This document shows, piece after piece, positions 1-10,317 of a stretch of 64,000 bases of DNA (position 1 is the first letter of the stretch; each line of letters opens with the position of its first letter). Both the position numbers and the translations under genes were made by a program. The notes under the pieces are model-generated. The model saw only the letters and a list, made by a program, of their open reading frames with translations. It ran no database searches and was not told where the DNA came from. Location: positions 448,001 through 512,000 of the forward strand of contig CAVPZX010000002.1 in the NCBI GenBank assembly GCA_963710375.1. The letters are read 5' to 3'. This DNA comes from Nitrospirota bacterium (GTDB taxonomy: Bacteria; Nitrospirota; Thermodesulfovibrionia; Thermodesulfovibrionales; Dissulfurispiraceae).

Positions 1-783
1 GCCGAGATAACGGACAAGATACAGGCTGTGCAGGCAGAATCTCAACAAACAAGCCGTTCCATGCAAGATGCTTCAACAGAGGTCACAAAAGCGCAGGATT
101 ATATCCGGCAGGTGGGCGATTCGTTGAACCATATAGTTGATTCTGTTAGGAGAGTAGAAGATCAGATCACTCAGATTGCCACAGCGGTTGAAGAACAGGC
201 GAGCGTTGCAGGGGAAGTAACGAGCAACATTGAAAAAACCTCCGATATTTCAAAGGACATGGAAAAAATGGCCCATGATGTGATGGATGAAGTGAACATA
301 CTTCATGGAGTTGCCGAATCCCTCAAAATATCCAGCGCAGGGTTTCACCTCGACGGCAGTCATGGGCAGACAACTGAAGATTTCATTCAGTGGAGTGATG
401 TCTTCAGCGTCAACATAAAATTGATTGACGAGCAGCACAAGCAGCTCTTCCGTTTGATTAATGACCTCTATGCCGCATGGAAATCGAACAAGCCACGGGA
501 AGTCATGGGGAATGTTTTCAGCGGGCTGCTCGATTATACTGATAAGCATTTCAAACAGGAAGAGGAAATATTCAACCGCTACGGCTACCCCGAAACCTCC
601 AATCATATGGAAATCCACAGGGCGCTCGTTAAACAGGTGGTGGAGACAAAAAACAAGTTTGACAGGGGGGAAATCAAGGTCAATGCCGACATAATGAATT
701 TCCTCAAGAACTGGCTCAACAACCATATCCTGAGGGTGGACAAAAAATATTCGGCATTCTTAAACAGCAAGGGCGTTGTGTAA
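1..783 (+). CDS. Methyl-accepting chemotaxis protein C-terminus fused to a bacteriohemerythrin domain (DcrH-like); 5' end outside the window
   Basis: MCP signalling motif (QIATAVEEQASVAGEV), then hemerythrin ligands IDEQH, HFKQEE, HMEIH and NHILRVD; frame is open from base 1. Confidence 0.9.
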   Translation, partial: AEITDKIQAVQAESQQTSRSMQDASTEVTKAQDYIRQVGDSLNHIVDSVRRVEDQITQIATAVEEQASVAGEVTSNIEKTSDISKDMEKMAHDVMDEVNILHGVAESLKISSAGFHLDGSHGQTTEDFIQWSDVFSVNIKLIDEQHKQLFRLINDLYAAWKSNKPREVMGNVFSGLLDYTDKHFKQEEEIFNRYGYPETSNHMEIHRALVKQVVETKNKFDRGEIKVNADIMNFLKNWLNNHILRVDKKYSAFLNSKGVV

Positions 784-790
784 GACCGTT

Positions 791-1519
791 TCACCTTTCA
801 CGGTCTTTACGTTCTTCGATAAGAAACTGGACCAGCGCCGTTGCAGCAATTGCCGCAGTTTCGGCGCGGAGAATGCGTCTTCCGAGCGTAGCCCTTACAA
901 TGCCCTGCCCTTCAGCCTTGCGGACCTCGGATGCAGTGAATCCGCCCTCAGGGCCGATAAAGATATGGACAGTCCGTCCGCTGTCGATAACTCCCATCGC
1001 CTCCGAAAGCGCCCTTCCGCCCTCTTCCCAGAAAAGCAGACCGTTCATTTTTTCCCCATCCAATATGTCGTTCAATTTCTCAGGGTCCCGGACCAATGGC
1101 ACAACCGCTCTTCCACACTGCTCGGCAGCCTCTTCAGCAATTGTATGCCACCTCTTCACCTTTCTCGTTTCTTTAACAATGCTGCGTTCAGTAACAAGCG
1201 GCACAATTTCGGCAACACCAAGTTCTGTAGCCTTCTGAATTACCAGGTCCATTTTTTCACCTTTCAGCAAGCCCTGCCACAGGGTAAGCGGCACAGGCAG
1301 TTCTGCATTCAACGGCAGCTCTCCTGTTATATCGATAAATACATCCTTCTTGACAATCGAGACAATCTCTGCAGCATATGCGCTGCCCCTGCCGTCTATA
1401 ACCGTAACGGCATGACCTTTTTTGCATCTGAGTACCGACAAAAGGTAGCGGGATTTTTCCAGTGGCACCTTAATGTGCTTCCTCTTCGCTATGATTTCAG
1501 AGGGGATGAATATTGTCAT
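791..1519 (-). CDS. rsmE: 16S rRNA m3U1498 methyltransferase
   Basis: QKATELGV, EAAEQCGR, IGPEGGF and LGRRILRAETA motifs. Confidence 0.95.
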   Translation of the reverse strand: MTIFIPSEIIAKRKHIKVPLEKSRYLLSVLRCKKGHAVTVIDGRGSAYAAEIVSIVKKDVFIDITGELPLNAELPVPLTLWQGLLKGEKMDLVIQKATELGVAEIVPLVTERSIVKETRKVKRWHTIAEEAAEQCGRAVVPLVRDPEKLNDILDGEKMNGLLFWEEGGRALSEAMGVIDSGRTVHIFIGPEGGFTASEVRKAEGQGIVRATLGRRILRAETAAIAATALVQFLIEERKDRER

Positions 1520-1798
1520 CGGATACTTTGAAGCAGGATTTCAACTCCATTATATATTGAGTTTGTTTCTATTATACTTGTCGTCAATAGATATCGTCCA
1601 CAATATTTTCCAAGGATATTTCGATAACTAAAAACAGGTATTTTTCTTTTTCCAAAATGATCTGCTGTTGGGGAATAGCCCGTCGATACTACTTTCGGGT
1701 AATTGTTTTCCAAACAATAAATCTGTTATAAATCGGCAAAAGCATCCTTATCATCGATGACGACAGAGAATTGACCGGGATAACAAAAGAAAGGTTAC

Positions 1799-2617
1799 AT
1801 GGCTAAGATATTTCAGACTCTGATCAATAAGTTTTTCGATTTCTTTAACTTTGGCCGGTCTATCACTATTATCATTCCGGGAATGATTGTCGCGATCTGC
1901 CTTGCGATGCTTGTCAGTCAGATTATATTTCCTAAGGGCAAAGATAAACAGGAACCCACATCCAAAGAGAGCGTAACCAATGAAAGAGGATTGGGCCTGA
2001 AGACCACTGATCAGGGTACAGACAAAGACACGAATGATACCTCCAGCTTCCGCAGGCAGCTATCCGAGGACTATAAAAGGGTGAGCGGCAATTTCTCTCT
2101 AGTAGTGCTTTTGACCATAGTAATCGGCCTTATGCTTTATGAGATGGGTTTCAGGGTCCTTTTGTTATTCGCCGGCAAGGGAGAAAAGCAAAAGCAGCAC
2201 CGGTATAGCCCAAACCATGATAGTGACGACGAGCTTACACTTAAGTTTGAATTTTCCAAAGAACCTGTCGGTTTAGTATATTTCGCACCTTTTCTCAAGG
2301 AAAACTTTTCAGGCCAGGAGAATTATTTTGATTTTCTCGTGACTGAGTATTACAGGTTCTTGGAGTTTGCGACAATTATGCCTATTTCCATTATCGTATC
2401 GGACATACTCGGTATCGCCTATTACGTGTTGTTTTCCATCAGGAATTCTTGCTGGCCCTATCCCCTAGCGCTTGGATTATTATTTCTTGTCCTGATTGTG
2501 AGTTCTATATTGTTTCTGCTCAAGGTTACTACCTACATATTTGAATCCTACAAGAAAGCCGTAAAGGATCTTATTCAGGGGGTAAGCGATATGATGAGTA
2601 AGGGACTTGTGAAATAA
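1799..2617 (+). CDS. Hypothetical membrane protein (about 4 TM segments)
   Basis: 272-aa ORF with AAAGG upstream and several hydrophobic segments; no family recognised. Confidence 0.7.
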   Translation: MAKIFQTLINKFFDFFNFGRSITIIIPGMIVAICLAMLVSQIIFPKGKDKQEPTSKESVTNERGLGLKTTDQGTDKDTNDTSSFRRQLSEDYKRVSGNFSLVVLLTIVIGLMLYEMGFRVLLLFAGKGEKQKQHRYSPNHDSDDELTLKFEFSKEPVGLVYFAPFLKENFSGQENYFDFLVTEYYRFLEFATIMPISIIVSDILGIAYYVLFSIRNSCWPYPLALGLLFLVLIVSSILFLLKVTTYIFESYKKAVKDLIQGVSDMMSKGLVK

Positions 2618-2800
2618 ACAGGGTAAAAGATTATACTCGACCCTTCAGGTATTGCAGGTCAAGTCTCCACTTCTTCCCGTAGTCCACAAGAATAGAATCT
2701 GTTTATAACTCTGCTTATTACAAGTCGGAACAATTATAATTTCACTATGATCCCATTCTTATATGTGATATAATGGCTAAAATTCTGTTGGGATGGGGTT

Positions 2801-3103
2801 ATGCGGTTCTTCATTGTTCTGGCTCTCTTAATTACAATCGCAATTGTTCTTTTTGCGTCACAAAATTCAGCTATTGTAACAGTCAGCTTTCTTTCATTCC
2901 ATTATAATGGCTCTCTTGCCTTGATTTTGGTCATAGTTTTTACTGCAGGTTTGCTTGCCGGCATACTCATTTCCGTCCCTTCGCTATTAAGAAAAAATGC
3001 TTTTATCCGAGAACAGAAAAGAAGGGTAAAACAACTTGAGGAAAGCATTACCAAATGCATTGCTTCTCAGCCGGCAGGACAAGAAAAGTCAGTCAAAGAT
3101 TAA
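2801..3103 (+). CDS. LapA-family membrane protein
   Basis: FASQN..VTVSFL pattern, two TM helices and a coiled-coil tail. Confidence 0.75.
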   Translation: MRFFIVLALLITIAIVLFASQNSAIVTVSFLSFHYNGSLALILVIVFTAGLLAGILISVPSLLRKNAFIREQKRRVKQLEESITKCIASQPAGQEKSVKD

Positions 3104-3182
3104 GTGGGATGATAAACTTTTCGGGCAACAGGACTTCCTGTTAGCCTCACCTGTGATATGCAAAAGAACTATCTGACTTCTA

Positions 3183-3473
3183 ATGGATAATGTGAGAAAA
3201 CTTTTAGGTGGTTTTTTTAAAATTTGTGGTTGTTTTGATTTCGTCATTTTTGGATTGTGGGGCTTTTACCTTTCACTGAAAATCATAGGCGAAATAGCAG
3301 GTCTTGAGGGGGTTGCCATAGGGTTTGCAGTTGCTCCGGTCACATTCGTTGTAGTCCCTTGGTACGCAGGCATTGTACGGGATAATTGGTTACCTTTATT
3401 GATTTCTTACGGTGGCGGAATGATAGGATGCCTATTCTTTTTCATGGGAGTATTGATAGCTGGTGATGAATGA
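3183..3473 (+). CDS. Hypothetical small membrane protein
   Basis: 96-aa hydrophobic ORF. Confidence 0.6.
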   Translation: MDNVRKLLGGFFKICGCFDFVIFGLWGFYLSLKIIGEIAGLEGVAIGFAVAPVTFVVVPWYAGIVRDNWLPLLISYGGGMIGCLFFFMGVLIAGDE

Positions 3474-3494
3474 AAGTTGAAAACTCATTTGCCG

Positions 3495-3749
3495 TTATTC
3501 GACTTCCGGCTCATCGTCTTCACCGGGCTCGCTGCCTTCATCCGAATCAGCCTCGATTTCAGCCATTATTTTCTTAACTTCTTCCTCTGCATTCCTCAGT
3601 CTTGTCTTGCAAAGTTTCACCAGAAGGGCAGCCCTTTTTACCTTGCCTGCCAGCACATCCACATCAACATCTTCCGTTTCTATCTCACTGATTATCTGTT
3701 CCAGCTCCGTCAAAGCCTGGGAGTAAGCTGGCTGCTTGCTCTTGCTCAT
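3495..3749 (-). CDS. xseB: Exodeoxyribonuclease VII small subunit
   Basis: YSQALTELEQII...KRAALLVKLCKTRL; follows xseA. Confidence 0.9.
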   Translation of the reverse strand: MSKSKQPAYSQALTELEQIISEIETEDVDVDVLAGKVKRAALLVKLCKTRLRNAEEEVKKIMAEIEADSDEGSEPGEDDEPEVE

Positions 3750-5016
3750 GGTTCCTCGCCCTCCTTTGCGTTCCTACAATGCTTACAATGTTTCCTTTGT
3801 AGAGTGTTGTATCAATCGCCGCACCCTTGCTTACAAGCGAAGCGTCCTTTAGAATTTTTCCATCGTGGCGGGTAATGCTATAGCCCCTCCTGAGCACGTT
3901 GACCGGATCAAGAAGTCTTAACGCCTGCCCTATCCTGTCGAGCTCATAGTCCATCTTTTGCAAACGCTGATTTGTAAAATTCCTGAGACTGCTTTGAATA
4001 AGTAGCAGTTTATTAAACTGGGCGGAAACCGCCCGGCCAGGGATATAGCCGAGCTGCCTGGCAATCGAATGAAGCCGGTAGCGGATATCCTGCAGCAGTC
4101 TGGCGGTATATGTTATTATCCTGTTCCGTAAATCAATAACGTTGTCCTCAAAACTTCGTAGTCCAGAGACAAGGAATTCAGCAACCGCTGTCGGCGTTTT
4201 CATCCTCGTATGAGCTACTATATCCGCTACAGTATCGTCTTTTTCATGGCCTATGCCGGTAATAACCGCTAGAGGGCATCTGGCTATTTGCGCTGCGAGA
4301 GCATAATTGTCAAAGCAGCTCAGATCAACCGCAGATCCGCCTCCCCTGATGATAACCGCAACGTCGAACAAATGCCGGTATTTCCCGATCTTCCGTAATG
4401 CTTCAATAATAGAGCCCTCGGCATCCTGTCCCTGCACCAATGCAGGGAAAAGAACATGGACGAACTGATAACCATACCGGTTGGTATCAAGCTGGCTAAA
4501 GAAATCCCCGTAACCGGCAGCAGAAGGGGACGATATGACAGCAATCCTCTGTGGAACTAAAGGCAGCGGGAGGCTTTTATTCAGTTCAAGGAGACCCTCT
4601 TTCCTCAGCCGTTCGATAACTTCCTTCCTCTTGCGTGCCATCTCCCCAAGTGTATACGTGGGATCAATATCCCTGATGTTGAGGCTTAACCCGTATACCT
4701 CATGATAATTCACGACGGCAAGAAGCATTATTTTCATACCCGGCCGTATCGGCTCATTCGTGGCGGTCTGGAATTTATGGCTTAGCTTACGGTACTCATA
4801 TGCCCATATGGTCGCCTTGGCCTGTGCCACAGTTCTGTCATCATCCTTTTCGACCAGTTCAAGATAGCAGTGTCCCCGCTGGTTGCATTTGAGATCGGCT
4901 ATTTCAGCCGTAACCCAGTAAGCCTCGGGAAAGGCCCTGGTGATGGCGGATTTAATGGCGTTATTCAGCTCGTAGAGGGTGTAAGCGGTTTTGTTCGTTG
5001 ATAGTTCATCCATCAT
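3685..5016 (-). CDS. xseA: Exodeoxyribonuclease VII large subunit
   Basis: OB-fold N-terminus, IIRGGGS, TGIGHEKD, TPTAVAE and VLRRGYS. Confidence 0.95.
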   Translation of the reverse strand: MMDELSTNKTAYTLYELNNAIKSAITRAFPEAYWVTAEIADLKCNQRGHCYLELVEKDDDRTVAQAKATIWAYEYRKLSHKFQTATNEPIRPGMKIMLLAVVNYHEVYGLSLNIRDIDPTYTLGEMARKRKEVIERLRKEGLLELNKSLPLPLVPQRIAVISSPSAAGYGDFFSQLDTNRYGYQFVHVLFPALVQGQDAEGSIIEALRKIGKYRHLFDVAVIIRGGGSAVDLSCFDNYALAAQIARCPLAVITGIGHEKDDTVADIVAHTRMKTPTAVAEFLVSGLRSFEDNVIDLRNRIITYTARLLQDIRYRLHSIARQLGYIPGRAVSAQFNKLLLIQSSLRNFTNQRLQKMDYELDRIGQALRLLDPVNVLRRGYSITRHDGKILKDASLVSKGAAIDTTLYKGNIVSIVGTQRRARNHEQEQAASLLPGFDGAGTDNQ

Positions 5017-5054
5017 GTCATTATACTATAACATTGCCATCCTACGAGAAAAGC

Positions 5055-5127
5055 AGGTAGAGGTTAAGGCAGAGGTAAAAAGATAAAGAGTGATTTATTG
5101 TCTTTTATTTACCTCTACCTCTACCTA
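5055..5127. repeat. Inverted hexamer tandem-repeat element (AGGTAG-like / CTACCT)
   Basis: AGGTAG AGGTTA AGGCAG AGGTAA ... TTACCT CTACCT CTACCT. Confidence 0.75.
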
Positions 5128-5153
5128 ATGGCATAAGGAGGACAGCGGTTTCG

Positions 5154-6839
5154 ATGAGCACGGAAATCAACAAAGTAATCTACTCGATGGTGGGCGTGAG
5201 CAAGTATTATGATAAAAAACCGGTATTAAAGGGTATTTATCTCTCATATTTTTATGGGGCAAAAATAGGTGTCCTCGGACTCAACGGTTCGGGGAAAAGC
5301 TCTCTTTTACGCATTCTTGCAGGCGTTGACAAAGACTTTCATGGAGAAACAGTCCTATCACCCGGTCATACCATCGGGTATCTTGAACAGGAACCGGTAC
5401 TCGACGGTACAAAAACCGTTCGCGAAATTATAGAAGAAGGTGTCGGGGAAATTGTCGCTACCCTAAACGAATATAATGCGATTAACGAGAAGTTTACTGA
5501 GCCTATGTCGGACGATGAGATGAACAAACTTATCGAGCGTCAGGGCGTGGTTCAGGAAAAACTTGATGCACTGGATGCATGGAACCTTGACTCACATCTC
5601 GAAATGGCTATGGATGCCTTACGCTGCCCTGCCGGGGATACGCCGGTCAAGGTGCTGTCCGGAGGTGAAAAACGCCGTGTTGCCCTCTGCAGACTTTTAC
5701 TCCAAAACCCTGATATCCTCCTGCTTGATGAACCGACCAACCATCTCGACGCGGAGTCGGTCGCTTGGCTTGAGCACCACCTGCGGAATTTCGCCGGCAC
5801 TATTATTGCCGTCACACACGACCGCTATTTCCTCGATAACGTGGCAGGGTGGATACTGGAGCTGGACAGAGGACAGGGCATTCCGTGGAAAGGTAATTAC
5901 TCGTCATGGCTTGAGCAGAAAAAGAACAGGCTGGCACAGGAAGAAAAAACCGAAAGCGAGCGTCAGAAAACCCTGGAGCGCGAACTTGAATGGATACGGA
6001 TGTCTCCCAAGGGAAGACATGCGAAATCGAAAGCACGCATAAATTCTTATGAATCCCTTTTCGGACAGGACAAGGAAAAACAGGCATCAGAGCTTGAGAT
6101 TTACATACCACCGGGACCGCGCTTGGGAGATACAGTCATCAAGGCGGACAATGTCAGCAAAACCTTTGGCGATCAGGTACTGTTTGAAGGGATGTCGTTT
6201 TCCCTGCCCCCGGGTGGAATAGTGGGCGTAATTGGCCCAAACGGTGCAGGCAAAACAACCCTTTTCCGCATTATAACCGGAGAGACAACGCCAGACTCGG
6301 GAACAATCAAAATCGGTGAGACGGTTAAACTTGGCTATTTGGACCAGAGCCGTGATTCCCTGGATCCCGACAAGACTATATGGGAAGCAATTTCTGGCGG
6401 AGAAGACACCATACAACTCGGCAAAAAACAGGTCAATTCCCGCGGATACGTGGCACGCTTCAATTTCTCCGGTTCAGACCAACAGAAAAAAGTGGGCACG
6501 TTGTCTGGAGGAGAACGGAATCGTGTGCACCTGGCGAGCATTCTTAGGGAAGGGTCGAATGTACTGCTGCTTGATGAGCCGACAAATGACCTGGACGTAA
6601 ATACTATGCGCGCTCTTGAAGAGGCACTCGAAAATTTTGCCGGGTGTGCGGTCGTAATAAGTCATGACCGATGGTTCCTGGACAGGATTGCAACACACAT
6701 TCTCTCCTTCGAGGGCGATAGTAAGGTTGTATGGTTCGAGGGAAATTATTCTGACTATGAAAGCGACAGAAAGGCGCGTCTCGGGGCCTCGGCTGACCAG
6801 CCGCATCGGATAAAATACCGCAAGCTGACGAGGGGATAA
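5154..6839 (+). CDS. ettA: ABC-F translational throttle protein EttA
   Basis: Two ABC domains, [15 protein letters not shown], linker [19 protein letters not shown] and C-terminal PHRIKYRKL. Confidence 0.95.
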   Translation: MSTEINKVIYSMVGVSKYYDKKPVLKGIYLSYFYGAKIGVLGLNGSGKSSLLRILAGVDKDFHGETVLSPGHTIGYLEQEPVLDGTKTVREIIEEGVGEIVATLNEYNAINEKFTEPMSDDEMNKLIERQGVVQEKLDALDAWNLDSHLEMAMDALRCPAGDTPVKVLSGGEKRRVALCRLLLQNPDILLLDEPTNHLDAESVAWLEHHLRNFAGTIIAVTHDRYFLDNVAGWILELDRGQGIPWKGNYSSWLEQKKNRLAQEEKTESERQKTLERELEWIRMSPKGRHAKSKARINSYESLFGQDKEKQASELEIYIPPGPRLGDTVIKADNVSKTFGDQVLFEGMSFSLPPGGIVGVIGPNGAGKTTLFRIITGETTPDSGTIKIGETVKLGYLDQSRDSLDPDKTIWEAISGGEDTIQLGKKQVNSRGYVARFNFSGSDQQKKVGTLSGGERNRVHLASILREGSNVLLLDEPTNDLDVNTMRALEEALENFAGCAVVISHDRWFLDRIATHILSFEGDSKVVWFEGNYSDYESDRKARLGASADQPHRIKYRKLTRG

Positions 6840-6873
6840 ATGGATTTAGGGTCTGCGCATAAGCGAACAGACA

Positions 6874-7062
6874 CTAAACCCATTCCTCACATTTGAAAGT
6901 ACATCGGGACTTAAATTTAACGCACCTTATATACATAGTATTGTTCTTTTTATCATCCACAAAAGATGACGACAGGCATCGCAGGGGGTCCTCGCCGCAG
7001 GCGCCTTTTGCCTTCTCCCTCAGCCATTCTTCTGTCAAGTCTTTGAGGCTCTTATCTTCCAT
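6874..7062 (-). CDS. Small Cys-rich hypothetical protein
   Basis: 62 aa with five Cys; same strand as, and just downstream of, the TPR gene. Confidence 0.4.
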   Translation of the reverse strand: MEDKSLKDLTEEWLREKAKGACGEDPLRCLSSSFVDDKKNNTMYIRCVKFKSRCTFKCEEWV

Positions 7063-7085
7063 TGGGATCCTATTACAACAACTTC

Positions 7086-7694
7086 TTATTGTTCGGAAAG
7101 CTGTTTCAGGTTATCGCATGAATTTTTATCGCCCATATCACACGCCTTTTTATAATCAACCGCTGCCTTTTTTAAATAAGCAAACCCCCTGGAAGCATAT
7201 GCTTCCGTGAAGGCCGGCCTGATAGAAAGCGCCTTATTGAAATCGTCGATCGCCTCATCGTATTGCCCCCTTCTGGAATAAGCAATGCCGCGGTTCTGAT
7301 AGGCCGCGGCAAATCTGGGGTCTAGGGAAATAGCCTTTGTATCGTCCTCGATAGTTTTGCTGAACAAATCTTTCCTGAAATATGCAAGGCCGCGGTCATA
7401 ATACATATCCGCATTGTCGGCTTTGATAATGATAGCCCTATTGAAATCCTCGATTGCCTCATCGTATTGATGCAGATAGTAATAGGCCTTACCGCGATAA
7501 TAGTAAGGTTCTGGAATGTCCTGAACGAGAGAAATTGCCTTGCTGTATTCTTTGACTGCGTCGGCGAACTTGCCGTCATTGTAAAGCCTAGTTGCGCCGT
7601 CAAAGTACGTCTGTGCATCAGCGCCCAGAGCTGAAGCAGCACAGTATGCTATAAACATAGCCGTTAAAAACATAGTAGTACATAATCGTTTCAT
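7086..7694 (-). CDS. Exported tetratricopeptide repeat protein
   Basis: Signal peptide plus repeated AY..RG.AY...YDEAI.DFN.A TPR units. Confidence 0.9.
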   Translation of the reverse strand: MKRLCTTMFLTAMFIAYCAASALGADAQTYFDGATRLYNDGKFADAVKEYSKAISLVQDIPEPYYYRGKAYYYLHQYDEAIEDFNRAIIIKADNADMYYDRGLAYFRKDLFSKTIEDDTKAISLDPRFAAAYQNRGIAYSRRGQYDEAIDDFNKALSIRPAFTEAYASRGFAYLKKAAVDYKKACDMGDKNSCDNLKQLSEQ

Positions 7695-7740
7695 GACTCA
7701 TTCCCTCTTCAATAATAATTAAAATTAGTTTCCATCTATA

Positions 7741-8844
7741 TTACTTTATTCCATCAAAAATTGGTAAGGACCAGAATTCCCTGGCTACAGCAGGGTACAA
7801 AACAGGATTGAACAATATATTGGTCATGAAATAGCATTCGTGCGTGCAGTAACATTTCCTGTCTCTTATTGATCGGATAACTCCCTCAGCCTTGTCAGAT
7901 CGCAGCAGCTTTTTGATGTCGCCGTCATAACCCCGAACATTTCCGAAAGTTTCGCTGAGCATTTCGCAGGGGAAGACATCACCGCACTCGGTGATCACCA
8001 GGTTCAGCCTGCCTGCATAACAGGAGATAAGCCTTTTTTGTTCATGCAGTGTCCTGTGTATCAAACGCCGTTGAACAATATCCTGGGCAGCTTTGATGCG
8101 GCCCCCCCTGAACCGGTATCTGCGGGAGCAACCGCTCTTCAGATCGCTCTCGAGCCGGCCTATTGCCCGATTATAGAGTTCGATGTCCACATCTTTATAC
8201 TGTCCGTTGACGAGGTCTCCGCGCACCAGCGATATCGTATGGGTCTTTATATGCTTCATTTCCCTCACAAAATCGATTATGCCGTCCATGGCATGCTGGT
8301 TCCCCGAGCAGAACACCGTATTGACACCAAGTTCAAAATTAGGATAAGCGTCAACGAGATCTCCAAGCGCTCTGTACGTCTGGATTGTTTTTTCAAAACT
8401 CCCCGGCGTATTGCGCAAGGCATCGTGTGCCCCATCAAGCCCGTCAATGGAAAGCTTTACGGCAATAACGCTTTTTTTGCACAACTTCAATATCTGCTCG
8501 GTCCTGGATCGAATGACATCCGGGAGAAGGCCGTTTGTCGGATAAAGCATTATGGCTGGTCTGTTGTTTTTGTAAAATACACTGCTTATTTCGACAAGAT
8601 CGTCCCTCAGGTAAATTTCTCCGCCCGAAAAAGCGAGCCAAAGTAGGCTGCCCATGGAGTGAGAAATTTTTTCAATTTCACTTAACGTGAGTTCCGTAGC
8701 GGAATAGTCCGCAGACCGGCGCCTGCCTCTCAGATAGAAACAGAATGGACAATGTGCGTTACATCTGCGGGTCAGAAAAAGCGTCAGGTGAATTGGTCTG
8801 GTTTTCCTGAAGATCTGCCCGATATACTGTGCCGGAGAGTACAT
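7741..8844 (-). CDS. Radical SAM protein with SPASM/twitch-type C-terminal domain
   Basis: CNAHCPFC (CxxxCxxC), SGGE and CYAG...GDVFPCE...CYCTHEC. Confidence 0.9.
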   Translation of the reverse strand: MYSPAQYIGQIFRKTRPIHLTLFLTRRCNAHCPFCFYLRGRRRSADYSATELTLSEIEKISHSMGSLLWLAFSGGEIYLRDDLVEISSVFYKNNRPAIMLYPTNGLLPDVIRSRTEQILKLCKKSVIAVKLSIDGLDGAHDALRNTPGSFEKTIQTYRALGDLVDAYPNFELGVNTVFCSGNQHAMDGIIDFVREMKHIKTHTISLVRGDLVNGQYKDVDIELYNRAIGRLESDLKSGCSRRYRFRGGRIKAAQDIVQRRLIHRTLHEQKRLISCYAGRLNLVITECGDVFPCEMLSETFGNVRGYDGDIKKLLRSDKAEGVIRSIRDRKCYCTHECYFMTNILFNPVLYPAVAREFWSLPIFDGIK

Positions 8845-8857
8845 TGTTTATAATAGC

Positions 8858-8950
8858 ACTAAGTGAGTCAGTGCATAAATACAGAGTGTCGATGAGCCGC
8901 GTCAGCGAGGCGTTCGAATGCAACCGTATTTATGAAATGGAGCACCAAGT
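8858..8950. mobile_element. Decayed palindromic MITE-like element overlapping the GT2 3' end
   Basis: CATAAATAC (8874-8882) / GTATTTATG (8926-8934) inverted core with imperfect outward extension and an inner GC-rich hairpin. Confidence 0.4.
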
Positions 8951-9945
8951 AAAGTACATTTGACACGTTGTAACACATATGCTGCCAGCCCTGCAGCAGT
9001 ACCCGCCCATACCGGTGCAGGATACAACATCAGATAATAAAGCGCTGCGGGCAGAGCGAATTGAAAGCCCCTGGTTTTATAAAATTCAGCTAAAAGGCCG
9101 CGGCTGACAAAAATATTAAGTCCGACCAAAACTGCCAGGAGAAAAAGCCAGGCCAGGCTACCCGACAGGACGAAAAGCAGCAAACACAACTGCCATGCCC
9201 AATAGGCTATGCCGTTGATCTTAAGTTCTCTTGAAGCAGTGCCTGAATCCGTAAGCATATCGCCGTTGATAATCGAGTAAATAGTCCAGTACCGAGCCTT
9301 CCTGTAAGCGTTCAGAATAGACCGTATCAAAGTGAACTTAAATATGTGACGGACCGTTATTCCCGGGTCCATCACAAGCCTGCAGCCTCCGCGATTAAGC
9401 CTGTGGCTGAATTCTACATCCTCAAGAATAGGAAGGAAGTCTTCATTAAAACCATCATACTTCCTGAATGTTTCCGCAGAAATTACCATTGCATGGGTTG
9501 CTACGTAATCTGGTCTGCGGGTGTTCTTGATTTCGAAATAATGGATGAAGACAGACTGAAAGGTGCTGAAGAAGTCTTTATCATAGGGGATTGGCGTATA
9601 TGTACCACCGATAACCGTATCAGGGCCTGCCTCACTAATCGCCCTGTTCGCCAAAGACAGTGTATCAATAGATAAAAGGCAGTCGGCATCTATAAAGAAA
9701 AACACCTCTCCGCTGCTATGAAGCGCCCCTGCATTCCTTGCCTTTGCAGCGCCTCCGTGTGTTTTGAGCTCTATGAGCCTGCAGGGAAACTGCTTTATAA
9801 TCTTCACCGAATTGTCACTCGAACAATCATCGACAACAACAACCTCGAAGTTCCCGTAGGAAGACTCAAACACCGATTCCAGGCATTTGCCGATCGTAGC
9901 GCTTCCGTTATAATTAGGGATGATTACAGAGATAAACTTTTCCAT
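8902..9945 (-). CDS. Family 2 glycosyltransferase with C-terminal TM segments
   Basis: ISVIIPNYN, VVDDCSSD, FIDAD and EDVEF; start placed at MEKFISV. Confidence 0.9.
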   Translation of the reverse strand: MEKFISVIIPNYNGSATIGKCLESVFESSYGNFEVVVVDDCSSDNSVKIIKQFPCRLIELKTHGGAAKARNAGALHSSGEVFFFIDADCLLSIDTLSLANRAISEAGPDTVIGGTYTPIPYDKDFFSTFQSVFIHYFEIKNTRRPDYVATHAMVISAETFRKYDGFNEDFLPILEDVEFSHRLNRGGCRLVMDPGITVRHIFKFTLIRSILNAYRKARYWTIYSIINGDMLTDSGTASRELKINGIAYWAWQLCLLLFVLSGSLAWLFLLAVLVGLNIFVSRGLLAEFYKTRGFQFALPAALYYLMLYPAPVWAGTAAGLAAYVLQRVKCTLLGAPFHKYGCIRTPR

Positions 9946-10278
9946 TGCTGATAGGGGCGTCTTATTCAAGCTATTATTAATTAACCGTCTCACATCACAC
10001 CGGCTGATGTACAATCAATATTCCTCAATTTTTTACCGTGGCTGCATGTCTCATCCTCTATTGCTTTTAATGATCAAGCAAGGAATATGCCACACTAGAC
10101 AATGTATTATCTTCTTGATTTACTGGGATATCTTAGGAATGCCATACAGCGTGGATATGGATTAATTCCACTGTTTATGTAATTAATTACATAATTTTTG
10201 TCGTTTTTGTTTGAGAGCACCTGGGCTCGCACTTAGAAGCGCCAGCCTGGAGGCACTTAATTCTGTTTATAAAATGAT

Positions 10279-10308
10279 TTGACATGACCGGTATGCTACT
10301 GTTATAAA
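10279..10308 (+). promoter_or_regulatory. Sigma70 promoter of ilvE, possibly leaderless
   Basis: TTGACA-N18-TATAAA with extended TG, 9 nt before the ATG; no SD. Confidence 0.6.
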
Positions 10309-10317
10309 TAATAACTT

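Noticed and set aside
776..1531. 251-aa plus-strand ORF and many other ORFs opposite known genes (e.g. 250-726, 8038-8646, 16910-17521, 58070-58663)
   Set aside because: Antisense or off-frame shadows of well-supported genes, with no motifs.
10200..10260. Small hairpin upstream of ilvE as a T-box or attenuator
   Set aside because: No T-box motif or leader peptide, and it lies upstream of the predicted promoter.
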